Positions 59,503-64,000 of a stretch of 64,000 nt of DNA are shown here, in pieces. Source of the DNA: Planctomycetota bacterium. GTDB taxonomy: Bacteria; Planctomycetota; JAJSAM01; JAJVHW01. The notes under the pieces were generated by a model, which searched no databases, was not told the DNA's origin, and saw only the letters and a program-made list of their open reading frames with translations. The DNA is taken from contig CBDFJG010000002.1 of assembly GCA_965248445.1 (NCBI GenBank), forward strand, positions 704,001 to 768,000, read 5' to 3'. Position 1 is the stretch's first letter; every line of letters starts with the position of its first letter. A program made the position numbers and the translations under genes.

Positions 59503-60500
59503 GCATCCACCTCGGCGACGGTGACGCGTTGTCCGGTCTCATGGCTGCGCTCGCAGGCGAGGAGGATGCGGCCGAGTTCCTTGTCGTGCCCGAAGTGGTG
59601 TTCCCACTCCGCCTCGCCGCGGCAGGCGGCGAGCCACGCGCCGATCTCGGCGACGTACATGTTTTCGAAGTCGAAGCCGCGGCCCTGCGCCTTGTGGTGG
59701 AACCACGCCCCGCTCTCGGCATCGAAGTGGTTCAAGCGGTTGGTGTCGAGGTTCCAGTCGATGGACCCGGTCTGCGAGATGACCTTGCCCTCGCGGATCG
59801 GGTAGCGCGCCACGACCTCGATCAGGATCGTCGCGATCAGCCCGCTCTCGAACGTCGCGAGGATCGCGTACGTGTCGTCGATGTCGGTGGGCAGGTCGAG
59901 CTGGCGGCCGTAGGTGCACTGCACCGACACGACTTCGCCAAACACCCAGCGCATCCATTCGAACTCGAACGGCACCATCTCGCGGCCGGCGCCCGTCGCC
60001 TTGCGCCCGGCGTAGAAGTCGAGTCCCTCCCACGGATGCCAGTCGAGGATGTAGTTGCCGAGGTGGAACGTCAGCGCGAGCGGGCGGCCGAGCACCTTCT
60101 TCTCGGCGACCATGGCGTGCAGTCGCTGGTAGAGCGGGTGGAACCGCATCGTGGCCGACGGTGCGGCGACGAGGCCCTTCTCCTTCGCGAGCGCCAGGAA
60201 CTCGTCGGCGCCCTCGCTGATCACGCCCGCCTCACAGAAGCTGTGCAGACCGTGGTCGAGCGCGCCCTTCACGTACGGGTAGTGCAGATCGGGAGGGGTC
60301 GCGACGAGCACGGCATCGAGCCCCGGGATCTGCCAGGCCTGGTCGATGTCCGCCGCGGTCTCGACACCGTAGAGACGGGCGGCCTCTTCACGCCGATCCT
60401 CGCGCGGATCGAATGCGACGATGTCGCGTTCGCCGAGCGCCTGCAGGCAGCGGATGCGCCGCTTGCCCATCGAACCGAGACCCACCTGTAGGAACTTCAT
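59499..60500 (-). CDS. Gfo/Idh/MocA oxidoreductase
   Basis: GLGSMGKR, ATPPDLH, RFHP, DWHPWE. Confidence 0.88.
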   Translation of the reverse strand: MKFLQVGLGSMGKRRIRCLQALGERDIVAFDPREDRREEAARLYGVETAADIDQAWQIPGLDAVLVATPPDLHYPYVKGALDHGLHSFCEAGVISEGADEFLALAKEKGLVAAPSATMRFHPLYQRLHAMVAEKKVLGRPLALTFHLGNYILDWHPWEGLDFYAGRKATGAGREMVPFEFEWMRWVFGEVVSVQCTYGRQLDLPTDIDDTYAILATFESGLIATILIEVVARYPIREGKVISQTGSIDWNLDTNRLNHFDAESGAWFHHKAQGRGFDFENMYVAEIGAWLAACRGEAEWEHHFGHDKELGRILLACERSHETGQRVTVAEVDA

Positions 60501-61297
60501 CACTCGTCCTCCTTCGCGCCCAGCCCCATGTCGGCCAGCCCGGCGTCGAAGTGCTCCTTGTAGCGATCTTCCAGCCCACTGTTGATCGCAACCAGCTCGG
60601 GTCGTCGGCGCAGGAGTGCGACCACGTCGGTCAGGCCCCAATCCCGGCCGAGCGCGTCGAGTTCGGTGTACACGGCGTCGAAGAACGCGAGATCCTCCGG
60701 GTAGTCCAGCGTCATGCGCACCTCGTCGTGCCGGTGGGCATCGCCCATGGCCTCCGGTTCGATGACGCTGAAGAGACCGCTCTCGCGGATGAAACGGAAG
60801 AACCCGGTCTGCGTATCCGAGTAGTCCTTCGTGTCCACCGCGCGCCGGAGCGCGGATGTGCGCAGTACGCTCGGGGTCGCTCCGAGCGGCAACCCTCGGA
60901 ACGAGACCATGTCGACGCCCTCGATCATGGCGAGCTTCACCCCGGCGTCCATGTACGCCGTCGCGCAGAGGAGGTCATCGCCGTCTACCTCGACGACGAT
61001 GTCGAATCCGAACTGCTCTGCGGCCTCGGTGATCCGGAGCAGCACGTCCTCTGTCGAGCCGCGGTACACGCCCAGACCGAGTTGGTCCGCAAGCTCGACG
61101 ATTGCGTCGTCCTCGGCGCCCTCGGTCGTCGCGATTACGACTCGCCCGACTGAGTCTGCCGCGCGTGCGCGGTCGGCCACGCGCGCAAGAGCGGGCTTCC
61201 CCGCGACGTCGCGAAGCGCCTTGCCGGGCAGCCTGCTGGCGGCCATCCGATACGGGATGACGGCACCGGTCATTTGAGGCTCGGGCAGATCGCTCAT
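60500..61297 (-). CDS. spsF: SpsF-like cytidylyltransferase
   Basis: RM.ASRLPGK, RGS.EDVL.R, DGDD, RMTLDYPED. Confidence 0.85.
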   Translation of the reverse strand: MSDLPEPQMTGAVIPYRMAASRLPGKALRDVAGKPALARVADRARAADSVGRVVIATTEGAEDDAIVELADQLGLGVYRGSTEDVLLRITEAAEQFGFDIVVEVDGDDLLCATAYMDAGVKLAMIEGVDMVSFRGLPLGATPSVLRTSALRRAVDTKDYSDTQTGFFRFIRESGLFSVIEPEAMGDAHRHDEVRMTLDYPEDLAFFDAVYTELDALGRDWGLTDVVALLRRRPELVAINSGLEDRYKEHFDAGLADMGLGAKEDE

Positions 61298-61353
61298 GGG
61301 CGCGGTTCCTTATACCCGCACGCCCGGCTCGCGACGGCGGCCTGGCGGCGGGT

Positions 61354-61728
61354 TCAGCGAATGACCGCGCTCCGGTACTTGGAGCGGATCCCGTCGATCC
61401 CCTCAACGGGATCGACGAACTCGTACAAGTGCAAGTCGAACACAGGCAGCGAGCGCGCGCGCGCCAGACGGCGCGCCTCTGCCTCGACCGCCACGGACTC
61501 GTCGTGCACGACTTCGGCGACGTAGAACTGGACCCTCCCATGGGCGACACGCGTCCAGGTCGACGCGCCATCGGGCACGATGCCGCTCTGGTCGAGGGCC
61601 GCCTCGAGTTCCTCGAACTCCGGCGGCACTGACGTGTATCGCGTCATCCCGGGGTACAGGGAGCAGTTCGCCGCGAGGAGAAACACGAGTCCGAGGCCGC
61701 AGAGCGCCAGAGCCGCCAGGCGATTTAT
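61354..61728 (-). CDS. small exported protein/lipoprotein candidate with ATA at the expected start
   Basis: (I)NRLAALALCGLGLVFLLAANC signal; ATAA overlap with the upstream stop. Confidence 0.5.
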   Translation of the reverse strand: MNRLAALALCGLGLVFLLAANCSLYPGMTRYTSVPPEFEELEAALDQSGIVPDGASTWTRVAHGRVQFYVAEVVHDESVAVEAEARRLARARSLPVFDLHLYEFVDPVEGIDGIRSKYRSAVIR

Positions 61729-63608
61729 GCCGCTTCCCCCGCCTGGCGGCGCCAGAGCATGGCGTAGATGCCGTCCTTCCGTAGCAGGTCGTCGTGCGTC
61801 CCGCGCTCCGCGACGGACCCGTGATCCAGCACGACGATCTCGTCTGCCATCGCGATCGTCGAGAGCCGGTGAGCGATGGCCACGATCGTCATGTCCGAAC
61901 GCAGTTCCTCGAAAGCCTCCTGGACGATGCGTTCGGACTCGCTGTCGAGTGCGCTGGTCGCTTCGTCGAGCACCAGGATCGAGGGTTCGCGCACGAGCGC
62001 GCGGGCGATCGCGAGCCGCTGCCGCTCGCCGCCGGACAGCCGCGTGCCGCGCTCCCCCACGATGGTGTCGTAACGGTTCGGCAGGCCGTCGATCACGTCG
62101 GCGACGTGCGCGGCGCTCGTCGCGCGCTGGATCTCGTCCGGCGTCGCATCGAGCTTGCCGAAGCGAATGTTCTCCGCCACCGACGCGTTGAACACGAACG
62201 CGTCCTGGTCCACGAGTCCGACGGCGCCCCGCCAGTCCTTGAGCTTCAGGTCCGCGAGCGGAGTGCCGTCGGCGCGGATCTCGCCGGAGGTCGGTTCGTA
62301 GAGGCGGAGCAGCAGGTTGACGATCGACGACTTGCCCGCCCCGGACGGCCCGACAAACGCCACCATCTTGCCCCGCGGGACCTTGAACGACACGCCGGAC
62401 AGCGCCGTCGTCCCGTCGTCGTACTTCATCTCGACGTTCTCGAACTCGAGCGCGTCCTTCAGTTCGGGGAACGCGTTCCGTCCCGACTCGACGTAGGCCT
62501 TGTCGTCCCGTCGCAGCATCGCCGCGACGCGCTCGCTCGGCGGCCATTTGTGTTGGATGGTGGCCACCATCGTGCCGATCCCGTTCACCAGGCTGAGGAT
62601 GCGCTGCAGTGCGAGTACGTACATCACGACGGTGCCGAGGTCTTCGTTGAACCAGACGTACCCGCCGCAGAGCACCAGGCCGACGGCGAGCGCGCCGATC
62701 ACACGCTGGAGCGGCGAGGCCACGGCACGCAGGAAGAGCCCGCGGCGCTTGATGGACACGCTCTCGTCGATCTCCGCGTCCACGACGTCGACGGCGTAGT
62801 CCTTGCGCGCATACGTGTGGACCTGCCGCAGCCCGCCGAGGAACTCGAGCGTGTGCTCGTTCAGCTTCTTGCTGGCCCGCACGTGCGCCGTCGCTTCGCG
62901 GCGGATCGAGATCATGAGACGGCGGAGCGGCCACGCCAGGAGCAGAAGCAGCGCGAGCACACCGAGCGCCATGCGCCACGAGCCCCAGATCATGCTCATC
63001 GCGACGAAGGCGACAGTGATCACGTGGCCGATCAGCGCCGAGTAGTGCGTCACCTGCGCCGACGCGGGGTTCAGCTCGTTCAAGTACTGGACGAGATCAC
63101 CCGTCCGGTAGCGCGTCATGTGGCCGTAGCGCATGCCGACGAACTGCCGGAACATCTTGCGCCGCATGTCGCGGTACGCCGACATGCTGACGTGGATCGA
63201 GATCCACTTCGACCCGAGCTGGATCAGCGGCTGGAGGATCCGCAGCGCCACCAGGATGCCGATGAGCGCCAGCGTGAAGTTGCGTTTGGAGAGCTCCGCG
63301 CGGAGGTCGCTCAGGTATCCACCGACCCAGCCCAGTGCGTTCAGCGTCTTCGTGAGGCTGTCCCCGCCGGACGCGACCTCGAACGCATCGACGACCAGCT
63401 TGTAGGTCATCAGCTCGGCGGCCACGAGCATGCCCAGGACGATCGAGAGCCCGATCGTTACGATCGCGGCGCTCCGGTGCCGCCAGAGGTGCCCGCGCAG
63501 GAACGCCGCCGTGTACGAGCCCCCACCCGTCAAGGCGCGGATCACCTTGTGGATGCCGCCCTTCTGGGGTCCGGGCGGGAGGTCGTCGGGCGGGGTCTGG
63601 TCGCTCAT
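61725..63608 (-). CDS. ABC exporter (MsbA/PglK-like TMD+NBD)
   Basis: TM helices, GPSGAGKS, LSGGERQR, LDEATSALD. Confidence 0.92.
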   Translation of the reverse strand: MSDQTPPDDLPPGPQKGGIHKVIRALTGGGSYTAAFLRGHLWRHRSAAIVTIGLSIVLGMLVAAELMTYKLVVDAFEVASGGDSLTKTLNALGWVGGYLSDLRAELSKRNFTLALIGILVALRILQPLIQLGSKWISIHVSMSAYRDMRRKMFRQFVGMRYGHMTRYRTGDLVQYLNELNPASAQVTHYSALIGHVITVAFVAMSMIWGSWRMALGVLALLLLLAWPLRRLMISIRREATAHVRASKKLNEHTLEFLGGLRQVHTYARKDYAVDVVDAEIDESVSIKRRGLFLRAVASPLQRVIGALAVGLVLCGGYVWFNEDLGTVVMYVLALQRILSLVNGIGTMVATIQHKWPPSERVAAMLRRDDKAYVESGRNAFPELKDALEFENVEMKYDDGTTALSGVSFKVPRGKMVAFVGPSGAGKSSIVNLLLRLYEPTSGEIRADGTPLADLKLKDWRGAVGLVDQDAFVFNASVAENIRFGKLDATPDEIQRATSAAHVADVIDGLPNRYDTIVGERGTRLSGGERQRLAIARALVREPSILVLDEATSALDSESERIVQEAFEELRSDMTIVAIAHRLSTIAMADEIVVLDHGSVAERGTHDDLLRKDGIYAMLWRRQAGEAA

Positions 63609-63705
63609 CAAGGCGCCGTGTGCGCGGGGGCAGAGTCTCCCAGAGCCCGCCGCCTCGGAGCAGAAACCGGTTCCGGCCGAGCATGCCTCCGTATCATCCG
63701 AGCCC

Positions 63706-64000
63706 ATGGCCCCTGAATCCGCGGCACAGCCCCTCCCCCCACCCGTGTTCGTGTGCGGCTTCCCCAAGTCGGGCACGACGCTGCTGACGTCGCTCCTGGA
63801 CGGACATCCAGAGCTGCTGGTCTTCCCGGTCGAGGCGCGCCTGTTCCGGACGCTCAAGAACGCGGAGCCACCCGAGTGGCTCACCTACACGCTCGAGTGG
63901 TCGGGCGTGCGCAAGCTGGTGGACCTCTCGACGTACTCGGACGACGTGGCGGCGCCGTTCCGCGACGTGGACCAGGCGCGCTTCCGCGAACTCGTCTCGG
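63706..64000 (+). CDS. sulfotransferase (partial, runs off window)
   Basis: Manual translation MAPESAAQPLPPPVFVCGFPKSGTTLLTSLLDGHPEL. Confidence 0.85.
   Translation, partial: MAPESAAQPLPPPVFVCGFPKSGTTLLTSLLDGHPELLVFPVEARLFRTLKNAEPPEWLTYTLEWSGVRKLVDLSTYSDDVAAPFRDVDQARFRELVS

Noticed and set aside
44552..64000. Glycan locus as an island integrated at tRNA-Arg
   Set aside because: No integrase, no duplicated tRNA 3' end seen in the window, and no obvious compositional shift.
1..64000. CRISPR array, prophage, rRNA, or global UGA reassignment
   Set aside because: No regularly spaced repeats with spacers and no phage or rRNA signatures were seen; conserved genes such as recN, pdxJ, nth and rhlE end at TGA normally.

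Overview
This is a high-GC bacterial window. The lineage is uncertain; Planctomycetota-like is an inference from the kinase-STAND fusion, M14/BPL_N fusion, FlgM type and many orphan secreted proteins. Layout: (1) 1-6.2 kb, accessory patch with a Ser/Thr kinase-STAND ATPase, three small PRRPRRW-leader paralogs, a complete IS1380 element with a CTAG duplication and a sulfotransferase; (2) 6.2-13.5 kb, peptidase, ABC-F, a membrane-protein pair and a DEAD-box helicase; (3) 13.5-21.5 kb, five co-oriented secreted proteins; (4) 21.6-24.9 kb, phosphate module; (5) 25-43.4 kb, mostly housekeeping (ECF sigma, dapA, pdxJ, rsmD, flgM-like, recN, manA, nth, rluB, M16 peptidase); (6) from 43.3 kb, a GT4 gene, tRNA-Arg(CCG) and a large legionaminic-acid-type glycan locus with two formyltransferases, methyltransferases and sulfotransferases. 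Headline: the ORF track splits two of the secreted genes at in-frame UGA codons, each followed by a bacterial SECIS-like hairpin. One is an exported thioredoxin-fold/HMA-like protein with tandem UGA-UGA at the CxxC position (candidate vicinal Sec-Sec, 15077-16117). The other is a 782-aa Cys-rich surface protein whose UGA is residue +1 after the signal peptide (19197-21545). Together they suggest an extracytoplasmic selenoprotein neighbourhood. No Sec machinery is visible in the window, so this is an inference that needs checking.
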